Positions 18,900 to 28,194 of a stretch of 64,000 nt of DNA are shown piece by piece. Location: positions 24,534 to 88,533 of the forward strand of contig JBNAWB010000001.1 of the NCBI GenBank assembly GCA_049699975.1, given 5' to 3'. Numbering within the stretch: position 1 is the first letter of the stretch; every line of letters starts with the position of its first letter. The DNA is from Thermodesulfobacteriota bacterium. GTDB lineage: Bacteria > Desulfobacterota > SM23-61. A program made the position numbers and the translations under genes. Under the pieces are notes generated by a model. It was not told the origin of the DNA and ran no database searches. It saw only the letters and a program-made list of their open reading frames with translations.

Positions 18900-21008
18900 A
18901 TGGCGGAAAAGAGAACTTCATCCTTATCTTTGCCTGGAGAAAAAGTAAGAATTGATCGCTCCGAAATTCTCATGGCCTTAGGGGTAGCTACTATCCTGCT
19001 GATCATGATCATCCCTTTACCCCCTTGGCTATTAGATATTTTCATTTCCTCTAGTATTACCATTGCTTTATTGATCTTGTTGACTGCTTTTTACGTACGC
19101 CAACCCTTAGAGTTTTCCACATTTCCTTCTGTGTTACTCATAACTACCCTTTTCCGTCTTTCTCTAAATATTGCCACGACCAGGGTTATCCTTCTGCATG
19201 GCAACGAAGGAACTGGAGCAGCGGGGGTAGTAATTAAATCTTTTGGCCACTTTGTCGTGGGGGGGAATTATGTTGTCGGCTTCATAATTTTCATCATCTT
19301 GGTCATCATAAATTTTGTGGTCATTACCAAAGGAAGCGGCCGGATTGCTGAAGTAGCCGCCCGGTTTACTTTGGATGCTATGCCTGGAAAGCAAATGAGC
19401 ATTGATGCTGATTTAAATGCCGGCCTTATTGATGAACAAGAGGCCAGGAGAAGAAGGGCCCAAGTATCCAGAGAGGCTGATTTTTATGGCGCCATGGATG
19501 GAGCGAGCAAATTTGTCAGGGGCGAGGCTATTGCTGGCATACTTATTATCTTAGTCAATATCATTGGTGGTTTTACGATCGGCGTTTGGCAACAGAATTT
19601 ACCCCTTTTGACGGCGGCGCAAACTTACACCATTCTCACTATCGGAGATGCCTTGGTTTCGCAAATTCCCGCCCTTATTATTTCCACTTCGGCTGGTATT
19701 ATTGTCAGCCGGGCCGCTTCGGAATTTAATATGGGGAAAGAGTTGAGTCGCCAATTTAAAGTCCAGCCGCAAGCCATCTATCTCTCCGCAGGAATCCTCT
19801 TCTTCTTAGGATTAATTCCCGGGTTACCCCATATTCCTTTTTTCCTGTTGGCTATCTTAGTTGGCTTAATTGCCCACCGAGCTTATCAAGAAGAACAAAG
19901 AAGAGCAGATTTAAGGAGAAAAGAAACAGAACAAAAAGTGGCTGCAACTCAAAAAACTGAGAATATAGAGGCTTTATTGGGATTAGACCGGCTGGAATTA
20001 GAAGTAGGCTACAGCCTCATTCCTTTAGTTGATGAAGAGCAAAATGGTGACCTCCTGACGCGCATTCGTTCTATTCGTCGCCAGATGGCTGCAGATTGGG
20101 GGTTTATAGTTCCTCCATTGCGGATTCGCGATAACCTCCAACTTAATCCCGGAGAATATAGAGTGCTCATCAAAGGCAATGAGGTGGCCCGGGCCGAAAT
20201 CATGACCGGTCATTTCTTGGCCATCGATCCCGGAGAATTAAAATATAAGATCGAAGGGATTCCTACGCAAGAACCAGTTTTTCAATTACCCGCTCTATGG
20301 ATTCCGGAAAGCAAAAGGGAAGAAGCTCAAATTGCCGGTTACACAGTAGTTGATAATTCAACCATCTTGACGACGCACTTGACGGAGATTATAAAAAACC
20401 ATGCTGCTGATTTGTTAAGCCGTCAAGATGTGCATAAGCTTTTAGAAAATTTAGCGCAAAATTATCCTAAGGTGGTAGAAGAATTAACCCCTAACCTTCT
20501 ACCTTTAGGGACTATCCAAAAAGTTTTGCAAAATTTACTGCGCGAACGAGTACCCATAAAAGATTTGTTAACTATTATGGAAACACTCTCCGATTATGCT
20601 TCTCTAAGCAAGGACCCTGATCTGCTTACAGAATATGTGCGCCAGAAATTAGGCCGCACCATCACCAAAAATTATGAAAATAAAGAAGGGGTGCTGCCGA
20701 TTATTACTTTAGAGCAGAAATTGGAGGATACTTTGCGGGAAAAAATTCAAAGAGGCGAACAGGGTTCATATCTGGTTTTAGAACCAATCTGGGCCCAAAA
20801 ATTATTAGCAGCTATTAAACAAACCTGGGAGCAAGGTGGGCAAATGGGCTATCCTCCTGTGCTTCTATGTTCTTCTGTATTAAGACGCCATTTGAAAAGA
20901 CTTTTGGAGCGCTTTATGCCCCAGGTGGCTGTTTTGGGACACAATGAAATTGCCTCCCCTACTAAAATTAAGTCTTTAGGGACGGTGAGCTTAGATTATG
21001 CAGATTAA
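18900..21008 (+). CDS. flhA: Flagellar export apparatus protein FlhA
   Basis: 702 aa with an N-terminal 8-TM domain, the FHIPEP region and a C-terminal cytoplasmic domain. Confidence 0.95.
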   Translation: MAEKRTSSLSLPGEKVRIDRSEILMALGVATILLIMIIPLPPWLLDIFISSSITIALLILLTAFYVRQPLEFSTFPSVLLITTLFRLSLNIATTRVILLHGNEGTGAAGVVIKSFGHFVVGGNYVVGFIIFIILVIINFVVITKGSGRIAEVAARFTLDAMPGKQMSIDADLNAGLIDEQEARRRRAQVSREADFYGAMDGASKFVRGEAIAGILIILVNIIGGFTIGVWQQNLPLLTAAQTYTILTIGDALVSQIPALIISTSAGIIVSRAASEFNMGKELSRQFKVQPQAIYLSAGILFFLGLIPGLPHIPFFLLAILVGLIAHRAYQEEQRRADLRRKETEQKVAATQKTENIEALLGLDRLELEVGYSLIPLVDEEQNGDLLTRIRSIRRQMAADWGFIVPPLRIRDNLQLNPGEYRVLIKGNEVARAEIMTGHFLAIDPGELKYKIEGIPTQEPVFQLPALWIPESKREEAQIAGYTVVDNSTILTTHLTEIIKNHAADLLSRQDVHKLLENLAQNYPKVVEELTPNLLPLGTIQKVLQNLLRERVPIKDLLTIMETLSDYASLSKDPDLLTEYVRQKLGRTITKNYENKEGVLPIITLEQKLEDTLREKIQRGEQGSYLVLEPIWAQKLLAAIKQTWEQGGQMGYPPVLLCSSVLRRHLKRLLERFMPQVAVLGHNEIASPTKIKSLGTVSLDYAD

Positions 21009-22029
21009 AAGTTTTCGAGGCTATGATATTCAAGAAGTATTAAAGCAAGTGAAAAAGGTTTTCGGGCCAGAGGCGCTGATCATTTCTACCAAGACCATTA
21101 AGCCACCGCCTGATCGGTTATGGCGCGGAGAAAGATCGCTAGTGGAAGTGGTTGCCGCCTTAGATTTTGCTAAGCAAAGTCTTGGGCTAGATAATGCCTC
21201 GGGTGAAGCTGAAAAAGAAGATTTAAGGCAAGGAAAAGATCCGGCCCTCTTGATCTCAAATCCATTGGCGGCCAAGATGTGTGCCCGGGGTCTTATGCCC
21301 GAGTTTGTAGCGGAAATAGCCGCCGAATATGAACATCTCCAAGCCAAGAAAGAGAAAGAAAATAATTGGCAAAATTTTCAAGAATTTGTTTTGTGGCGAA
21401 TTATGCAATCTGTGGAAGTGACCGGATTAGATTTAGAAAGAAAGAAGATATGGGCTTTTGTTGGCCCCACGGGCGTAGGCAAAACAACTACTATAGCTAA
21501 ATTAGCGGCTCTTTATCATTTACGTTACCAGAAAAAAATTGCTTTGATTACCTTAGACACTTTTCGCATTGGCGCCATAGAGCAATTGCAGACGTATGCG
21601 CAAATTTTACAGCTTCCCTTGCAAGTGGCGAAAGATGGAGAAACTTTACGCCAGGCCATTAATAATAATGTGGATCGGGATTTAGTGCTTATAGATACAG
21701 CTGGGCGGAGCCCTCACCAGCAGCTAGACCTGGAAGAGTTAAAAAATTTTTTAGGCGCCCATGGGCAAGTTGACTGCCACTTAGTCTTGAGTGCGACTAC
21801 CAAAGAAGCCGACTTAATGTTTAGTATTCAACAATTCAATATTTTCCCGGTGAAAAGCTATATTTTTACGAAGATTGATGAGACCAGAGACCATGTGGCC
21901 ATTTTTAATCAACTATGGCGCTTCCCGAAGCCTTTGTCTTTTATGACTAATGGGCAGAGAGTACCCGAAGATATAGAACTGGCGACTAAAGGGAAGGTTG
22001 CGAATTTAATCAGGCAAAATATTAATTAA
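20998..22029 (+). CDS. flhF: Flagellar biosynthesis GTPase FlhF (SRP-type)
   Basis: G1 motif FVGPTGVGKTTTIAKLA and SRP54-type GTPase motifs (DTAGR). Confidence 0.9.
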   Translation: MQIKSFRGYDIQEVLKQVKKVFGPEALIISTKTIKPPPDRLWRGERSLVEVVAALDFAKQSLGLDNASGEAEKEDLRQGKDPALLISNPLAAKMCARGLMPEFVAEIAAEYEHLQAKKEKENNWQNFQEFVLWRIMQSVEVTGLDLERKKIWAFVGPTGVGKTTTIAKLAALYHLRYQKKIALITLDTFRIGAIEQLQTYAQILQLPLQVAKDGETLRQAINNNVDRDLVLIDTAGRSPHQQLDLEELKNFLGAHGQVDCHLVLSATTKEADLMFSIQQFNIFPVKSYIFTKIDETRDHVAIFNQLWRFPKPLSFMTNGQRVPEDIELATKGKVANLIRQNIN

Positions 22030-22046
22030 AGGATTGAGAAAGAGAT

Positions 22047-22943
22047 ATGGATCAGGCCGAACAACTGCGCATCATGATGAACAAGCAGACTTTTATAAGT
22101 CCAGATAAATTTCCCCGCCTTATTTCTATAAGTAGCGGTAAAGGGGGCGTGGGCAAGACCAATATAGTGGTAAATTTGGCGTTGGCTTTGGCAAAATTGC
22201 GCAAGAAAGTTTTAATATTTGATGCGGACATGGGGTTGGCTAATGTCAATATCCTTTTAGGGTTGGTCTGCCCCTATAACATCGAGCATCTTCTAAAAAG
22301 AGAAAAAAAGATGGAAGATATTTTAGTTGCTGGCCCTGAAGGCATAAATATTTTGCCAGCCAGTTCGGGCTTTTTAGAAATAGGGCGGCTGCCCGAATCA
22401 CAGCAACATTTTTTAATAAATGAGCTGCACCAAGTAATGAAGGCTGTGGATATTTTATTGATCGATACAGCCGCGGGAATCTCGGCTAATGTGGTGTATT
22501 TTAATTTAGCTGCCGAAGAAACGATTGTGGTCCTCACCCCCGAAGCTACTTCTTTAGCCGATGCCTATGCTTTAATAAAAATTTTGTTCGCGGAGCATGG
22601 CAAGAAAAATTTTTCTATTTTAGTTAATGCCGCCCGGAATAGCCAGGAAGCAGAGGAAGTTTTTAAAAAAATTACAAAAGTTGTACATCACTTTTTAGGG
22701 GATCTTACTTTAGATTATTTAGGATTTATACCTTTTGACAGCCGCATTGGGGAAGCAGTTAGGCAGCAAAGAGCCGTTTTAGACCTCTTCCCTCAAGCCC
22801 GCTGCAGCCGTTATTTTTTAGAAGTGGCCCGCCTGCTTGATAAGAAGAAGACCGTCCATGTATTGGCAGGGAGGGAATCCTTGTTCTGGAGGCCTGGGCA
22901 AAATTTTGGTTTTAGGGGAGGAAAAATAGGAGGAGAAAATTGA
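22047..22943 (+). CDS. flhG: MinD/ParA-family ATPase FlhG (FleN), flagellar number regulator
   Basis: Deviant Walker A SGKGGVGKT and a position between flhF and fliA. Confidence 0.85.
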   Translation: MDQAEQLRIMMNKQTFISPDKFPRLISISSGKGGVGKTNIVVNLALALAKLRKKVLIFDADMGLANVNILLGLVCPYNIEHLLKREKKMEDILVAGPEGINILPASSGFLEIGRLPESQQHFLINELHQVMKAVDILLIDTAAGISANVVYFNLAAEETIVVLTPEATSLADAYALIKILFAEHGKKNFSILVNAARNSQEAEEVFKKITKVVHHFLGDLTLDYLGFIPFDSRIGEAVRQQRAVLDLFPQARCSRYFLEVARLLDKKKTVHVLAGRESLFWRPGQNFGFRGGKIGGEN

Positions 22944-23737
22944 AAAATAAAAATAATTATTATCAAGGCTATCAAAGATTATTGAATTTTCCTTCATCTT
23001 GGAATGATTTCTCCTCGCAGAAAGAAGAAATGATCTTGAAATATGCCCCCTTAATTAAACAGGTTGTGGAACGGTTAGCCATCCGCCTTCCTGCGCATAT
23101 AAACAAAGAGGATTTATTCAGTGCCGGCCTAATAGGACTGCTGGACGCGCTGGCTAAATTCGATCCCGAAAAAAAAGTGAAATTTGAGACCTATGCCGAA
23201 ATTCGCATTAAAGGAGCGATCTTAGATGAATTGCGATCTCTGGATTGGTTTTCCCGTTCGGCGCGGCAAAAAGCTAACCATTTAGAAAAAGTTCTGCATG
23301 CTTTAGGTATGAAAAAAGGAGGAGATCTCGAAGACGAAGAGATAGCTCAAGAGATGGGCCTTTCTTTAAGGGAATATTATGATCTCCTCAATGAAATTCG
23401 GGCGGTCAATTTATTGGATCTCGAAAGCATAGAAGAAAAGCTCTTGCCCAATGGCGAAAAGAATTTATTTAATCTAATAACCGGAGAAATGGAAAATCAT
23501 CCTTTACATGAAATTACCTGGCAAGAATTAAAAAAAGATTTGGCTAAGGCCATAGAAGAGTTGGCGGAGAAAGAAAAGATTGTCTTGAATTTATATTATT
23601 ATGAGGAACTTACTTTAAAAGAAATTGGAGATGTCTTGGGTTACACGGAATCACGTATATGCCAAATACACGCCAAGGCCATTCTGAAATTACGGGCCAA
23701 ATTGAGGGAATATTTGGGAACAGAGGAGGCATCTTAA
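22940..23737 (+). CDS. fliA: RNA polymerase sigma-28 factor FliA
   Basis: Sigma-70 regions 2, 3 and 4 (region 4 HTH LKEIGDVLGYTESRICQIHAKAILKLR). TTG start preceded by AGGAGGA; an ATG start at 23030 is also possible. Confidence 0.85.
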   Translation: MKNKNNYYQGYQRLLNFPSSWNDFSSQKEEMILKYAPLIKQVVERLAIRLPAHINKEDLFSAGLIGLLDALAKFDPEKKVKFETYAEIRIKGAILDELRSLDWFSRSARQKANHLEKVLHALGMKKGGDLEDEEIAQEMGLSLREYYDLLNEIRAVNLLDLESIEEKLLPNGEKNLFNLITGEMENHPLHEITWQELKKDLAKAIEELAEKEKIVLNLYYYEELTLKEIGDVLGYTESRICQIHAKAILKLRAKLREYLGTEEAS

Positions 23738-23754
23738 GTTCTTAGGAGGGGAAA

Positions 23755-24141
23755 ATGGTAGACCTGAAAATGAAAATATTAGTCGTTGATGATTTTGCCA
23801 CCATGCGGCGCATTATCAAAAATATCTTAAAGGATTTGGGATACGAAAATATTTTCGAAGCAGATTCTGGGCTTTCAGCCTTAGAAATTTTAAAAAGAGA
23901 GAATATTAATTTTATTATTTCCGATTGGAATATGCCGCAAATGTCGGGCATCGAGCTCTTAAAAGCAGTGCGCAATAGTGAGCTTTGGAAGGATATCCCT
24001 TTTTTAATGGTTACCGCCGAAGGGCAAAAGGAGAATGTGCTGGAAGCGGCCAAAAATAAAGTAAGCAATTATATTGTTAAGCCTTTCACGGCTGAGGTTC
24101 TGAAAGAAAAAATCAATAAAATTTTTGAAAACAGAAAATAA
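23755..24141 (+). CDS. cheY: Chemotaxis response regulator CheY
   Basis: A 128 aa single receiver domain (DD...D...T...K pattern; ILVVDDFATMRRII..ISDWNMP..G). Confidence 0.9.
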   Translation: MVDLKMKILVVDDFATMRRIIKNILKDLGYENIFEADSGLSALEILKRENINFIISDWNMPQMSGIELLKAVRNSELWKDIPFLMVTAEGQKENVLEAAKNKVSNYIVKPFTAEVLKEKINKIFENRK

Positions 24142-24160
24142 AAAAACTCTTAGGGCAGCT

Positions 24161-24376
24161 ATGCCTGATGATTTTTTTACGTTAAATAAACTTAAGCAGA
24201 TGTCTTCTTTGGGCGGACCTTTAGACGCCAAAACAACCCCGGTAGCCAAAGATTTAGGAAAAGCTAAAAAGAAGCGGGAGAAAAAAGAGGAAAAAAATAA
24301 GCTGGCAAGTGAGGAACAAGAACAGAAAGAAAAAGGAGATTTGTCAAGGGGGAAAATTGTGGATATCTTAGTATAG
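24161..24376 (+). CDS. Small lysine/glutamate-rich hypothetical protein
   Basis: ORF overlapping the cheY 3' end. Highly charged and low-complexity; could be non-coding. Confidence 0.25.
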   Translation: MPDDFFTLNKLKQMSSLGGPLDAKTTPVAKDLGKAKKKREKKEEKNKLASEEQEQKEKGDLSRGKIVDILV

Positions 24377-24454
24377 GCAGAGACTTTAATTATCACCCTC
24401 ATCTTGCCTCCCCCTTTGGGGAGAAGAAGGAAAAGGATTTATTAAACAGAAAGG

Positions 24455-24940
24455 ATGGCTATGAAGTATATACCTTTGGAAATGTGGTTCTTAATTATAG
24501 GAGCAAGCATCCTTATTTCTTCTTTGATAACCATTATTTGTTATAAAAAAATTTCTAACCTAATTTGGGCCCAAAGGATTAAAAATAAAAATCTCTGGAG
24601 CAAAAATTTCTTACCCATTATCGAAGAGTTGAAAAGCGTGCTTAAAGAAGCCGAAGACTTCTCCCACAATTTTTCCAGATTCTTAGAAGAAAGAAATAAA
24701 CTTTTCCATTCTTCGGCCTGCGGAAAAGAATTAGATAATAGCCAAAAGGAATTTGTAGCGCAGAGGCCAGATAATATGAAGACTTATTCCCCGGCCGCAA
24801 ATAGCTTAAGGCAAAAAACTATCCATATTTGCCAACTCGCTTCGGCCGGATGGGCAGTTGCTGATATCGCTTGGCAACTTGGCCTCTCTCGAGAAGAAGT
24901 GCAGTTGATATTAAATCTTTCCCAGAAGGCCACTAATTAG
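24455..24940 (+). CDS. Membrane-anchored protein with C-terminal helix-turn-helix (unknown function; possibly DUF2802-like flagellar-locus protein)
   Basis: N-terminal TM helix (FLIIGASILISSLITIICY) and a C-terminal HTH-like segment (ICQLASAGWAVADIAWQLGLSREEVQLILNL). Confidence 0.5.
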   Translation: MAMKYIPLEMWFLIIGASILISSLITIICYKKISNLIWAQRIKNKNLWSKNFLPIIEELKSVLKEAEDFSHNFSRFLEERNKLFHSSACGKELDNSQKEFVAQRPDNMKTYSPAANSLRQKTIHICQLASAGWAVADIAWQLGLSREEVQLILNLSQKATN

Positions 24941-25154
24941 ATTTTTGGCCTCTCTTCCCTCTCTTAGAAGAGCCTCCTAATCATGGAAATTTTTAGGCAA
25001 AAAATTCCCGCCGTTCATTAAGGGGGAATTTTTTTCCGCCTATTTTTCCAGCGATGGTCGCAGGAGGGAAAAATCTTATTAAAAAATAATAATGATTTTC
25101 ATAAATTAGAAGGTTTAAGGCGTGAAAACTAAAAAACATCTATAAGAAAGACCG

Positions 25155-25170
25155 GGCATACCGTTTGCAA
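25155..25170 (+). promoter_or_regulatory. Sigma-54 promoter: gGGCATaccgtTTGCA
   Basis: Correct GG-N10-GC geometry, about 30 nt upstream of flgF. Confidence 0.6.
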
Positions 25171-25202
25171 ATTTATGAATAAGCAAACTGGGAGGTAGAG
25201 TT

Positions 25203-25913
25203 TTGAAGAGTGTATATACAATAGGCGCAAATGCTTTGTTGAGGCAAGAAAAAAGATTTGCCCTCATCGCCAATAATCTAAGTAATGCCCATACCATAGG
25301 GTTCAAAAAGGAAACCCCTTCTTTTAAAGAGATTATAGGGCAGGCCTGGGGTGGAAAATTCGAAAAAGAAGTAATCGAAGATTACCAAATTAGTTTTCGC
25401 CAAGGAGATTTGCAAGTTACTAATAATGATCTCGACTTGGCTATAGAAGGGGAAGGTTTTTTTAAAATTAAAACTCCCCAGGGTATGCGTTACACGCGCA
25501 ACGGTCAGTTCCGTTTGGATAGAGATCAGAAATTAGTACAGGCAGATGGCTTTCCCGTAATGGGTAGGAGAGGAGAAATTTATATAAAAGGCGGAAAGGT
25601 AAGGGTCGAGGCGAATGGGTTGATCAAAGTGGATAACCAAGAAGTGGATCAATTGGCCATAGTGACCTTCGCTAATTTAAAAACTCTCCAGAAAGAAGGA
25701 CAAAATTTATTCCAACTGTCTTCGCCTCAAGAAGAGAGGGAGGCGGACAAGGCAGTTATTCATCAAGGTTTTGTAGAAACGGCCAATGTTAATGTAATCG
25801 AAGAGATGATTGCCCTTATCGATACTCATCGAAATTTTGAAGCATATACGCGCCTGCTGCAAGCCAATGATGAATTGGACGCCAAAGCAGCAAATGATTT
25901 AGGAAAAGTATAA
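25203..25913 (+). CDS. flgF: Flagellar basal-body rod protein FlgF
   Basis: Rod-family N- and C-terminal motifs. TTG start with a GGGAGG Shine-Dalgarno. Confidence 0.85.
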   Translation: MKSVYTIGANALLRQEKRFALIANNLSNAHTIGFKKETPSFKEIIGQAWGGKFEKEVIEDYQISFRQGDLQVTNNDLDLAIEGEGFFKIKTPQGMRYTRNGQFRLDRDQKLVQADGFPVMGRRGEIYIKGGKVRVEANGLIKVDNQEVDQLAIVTFANLKTLQKEGQNLFQLSSPQEEREADKAVIHQGFVETANVNVIEEMIALIDTHRNFEAYTRLLQANDELDAKAANDLGKV

Positions 25914-25927
25914 AAGGAGGGAAAATT

Positions 25928-26710
25928 ATGCTCCGTGGTCTTTGGACAGCCGCCACAGGAATGGCTTGTCAACAAACAAATTTGGCCTCTATAGCCAATA
26001 ATTTAGCCAATGTTAATACTAACGGCTTTAAGAAGAGTCGGGTAAATTTTCAGGATTTGATGTATCAAAATCTACGCACGCCAGGATCAACCACTTCGTC
26101 TGGAGGGCAATTGCCCGCCGGCATTCAAATCGGCATGGGAGCGAAAGTAGTGGCGGTGGAAAAAGTTTTTACCCAAGGAGATTACACTCAGACTAAGAAC
26201 CAATTAGATATGGCTATAGAAGGGAAAGGCTTCTTCAAATTAATGAGCATGGGGAGAGAAGTCTATACGCGCTCGGGAGCTTTTAAATTAGACAAGGACG
26301 GTTACATCTGCGATAGCAATGGTAATCGTCTCCAACCAGAATTTGCGGTTCCGGCCAAAACAGCTACGATAACTATAGAGCCTGGTGGAAAAATAGTTTG
26401 CGCAGGCTCAGATGGCAAAGAGTTAGGAAGCGTGCAGATTCAACTTTTCAATTTCCCCAACCCGGCAGGTCTCCAATCTATTGGCCATAATTTATTTGTT
26501 CCCTCCGATGCTTCTGGGGAAGCCGTCCAAGGAAATCCAGGATCCGATGAATTTGGGACCATTCTCCAAGGATTTTTAGAAATGTCTAACGTGGATGTGG
26601 TGGAAGAAATGATTAATATGATCATGACCCAAAGGGCCTATGAAATCAGTTCGAAAGTAATCCAGGCCGGAGATGATATGTTGCATATGGCCTCCAATTT
26701 GCGGAGATAA
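25928..26710 (+). CDS. flgG: Flagellar distal rod protein FlgG
   Basis: Motifs LWTAATGMACQQTNLASIANNLANVNTNGFK and MTQRAYEISSKVIQAGDDML. Confidence 0.9.
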   Translation: MLRGLWTAATGMACQQTNLASIANNLANVNTNGFKKSRVNFQDLMYQNLRTPGSTTSSGGQLPAGIQIGMGAKVVAVEKVFTQGDYTQTKNQLDMAIEGKGFFKLMSMGREVYTRSGAFKLDKDGYICDSNGNRLQPEFAVPAKTATITIEPGGKIVCAGSDGKELGSVQIQLFNFPNPAGLQSIGHNLFVPSDASGEAVQGNPGSDEFGTILQGFLEMSNVDVVEEMINMIMTQRAYEISSKVIQAGDDMLHMASNLRR

Positions 26711-26717
26711 GCTTAAA

Positions 26718-27464
26718 ATGGTTAGGTCTAAGATTTTAAAAATATATCTGATATTAATTCTTTATTCAGCAATCCTGATTTACTCTTTAGCTCACTCTGA
26801 AACAAAGGCCGACCTCCAAAACGGTTATATCATCGAAGCAGAAAGAGTGATGCGGATTTTAGAAGATTTTTTAAAGACTAACTTGGAAAAACAAAATCGC
26901 TCAGTCAAAATAAGCGAGATTCGCGGTTTTAAAAAAATTTTCCTACCCGAAGGAGTTCTATCCTGGGAAATAAAACTTCCTGATAGATTCTTCCAGGGGG
27001 GCGGTATTCCAGTTACTTTAACCTTCTATATAAATGGTCGCAAAGTTCAAGAGGTTCATTTTCAAGCTCAAGTTGAGATTTATGCCTGGGTAGTGGTGGC
27101 TAAAAATTATTTGCCCAAGCATCAGCTCATTAAAGAAAGCGATGTTCATCTTGTTTATCGGAATATTACCAAATATCCGGCCGATGTTCTTACGGAGACT
27201 AAAGAAGTTATAGGGAAAAGAGCGAGTCTCCATATAAATGCTTGGGAAGTTTTGCGCAAATCTATGGTGGAAGTGCCCCCCTTAGTGAAAAAAGGCGACT
27301 ATGTAACGCTCTTGGCCGAAAATGAGGGCTTTCGGATTACGGCTATAGGGGAAGTGAAGGAAGAAGGGCGTCAAGGTGAAATAGTGAAGGTTTTAAATAT
27401 TTCCAGCAAAAAAGAGATATTTGGCCGAGTTTTGGACAGTCAGACGGTGCAGGTAGATTTTTAG
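26718..27464 (+). CDS. flgA: Flagellar P-ring assembly chaperone FlgA
   Basis: Signal peptide, C-terminal SAF-like domain, and context between flgG and flgH. Confidence 0.7.
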   Translation: MVRSKILKIYLILILYSAILIYSLAHSETKADLQNGYIIEAERVMRILEDFLKTNLEKQNRSVKISEIRGFKKIFLPEGVLSWEIKLPDRFFQGGGIPVTLTFYINGRKVQEVHFQAQVEIYAWVVVAKNYLPKHQLIKESDVHLVYRNITKYPADVLTETKEVIGKRASLHINAWEVLRKSMVEVPPLVKKGDYVTLLAENEGFRITAIGEVKEEGRQGEIVKVLNISSKKEIFGRVLDSQTVQVDF

Positions 27465-27472
27465 GAGGGAAA

Positions 27473-28168
27473 ATGCCTAAATATATAGCCCAAAGATATT
27501 GCTTATTAATATTCTTCTTGATTTTGGGGGGCTTGGGGGGGTGTATGATGAAACCATCGCCCACCTGGAAATCTTCCCCTGCGCAATTAAAACCTATATC
27601 TCCTCTTCCTTCGCCACCGGCGCCCATAAGTGAAGGTTCTTTGTATTCTCCCCAGATGGGGGTAAATTGGTACACTGATCTAAAAGCCAGAAACGTCGGG
27701 GATATAGTAACCATAAACATTGTGGAATCAGCGAAAGCCTCCAAGAATGCTTCCACCAAGACTTCCCGCAATTCCGAATTTGGAGCGAGTTGGAGCGGCG
27801 TCCTATCTAAATTGAGTGGTAATTGGTTTGGTGATGAACATAAAGCTTCTTTTGATAATGAATTTGAAGGGAAAGGTGAGACTACCCGTAGTTCCCAATT
27901 AAACGCTTATATTACCGCCCAAGTAATCCAGGTCTTGCCCAATGGGAATTTAGTAATTCAAGGATCGCGCGAAGTGCGGGTTAATAACGAAAATCAATAT
28001 ATTAATATTCAAGGAATAGTTCGTCCGGAAGATATTTCGGCCAATAATATAGTCCTTTCTACCTTTATCGCCGAGGCCAAGATTGAACTTACGGGCCAAG
28101 GAGTTATTGCCGATAAGCAAAGGGCCGGGTGGTTTACCAGAATCTTAGATTGGATCTGGCCATTTTAA
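27473..28168 (+). CDS. flgH: Flagellar L-ring lipoprotein FlgH
   Basis: Lipobox LGGLGGC and a conserved FlgH core (NVGDIVTINIVESAKASK...). Confidence 0.9.
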   Translation: MPKYIAQRYCLLIFFLILGGLGGCMMKPSPTWKSSPAQLKPISPLPSPPAPISEGSLYSPQMGVNWYTDLKARNVGDIVTINIVESAKASKNASTKTSRNSEFGASWSGVLSKLSGNWFGDEHKASFDNEFEGKGETTRSSQLNAYITAQVIQVLPNGNLVIQGSREVRVNNENQYINIQGIVRPEDISANNIVLSTFIAEAKIELTGQGVIADKQRAGWFTRILDWIWPF

Positions 28169-28194
28169 ATAGTTATAAAAGAGGAAGAAGAGCA

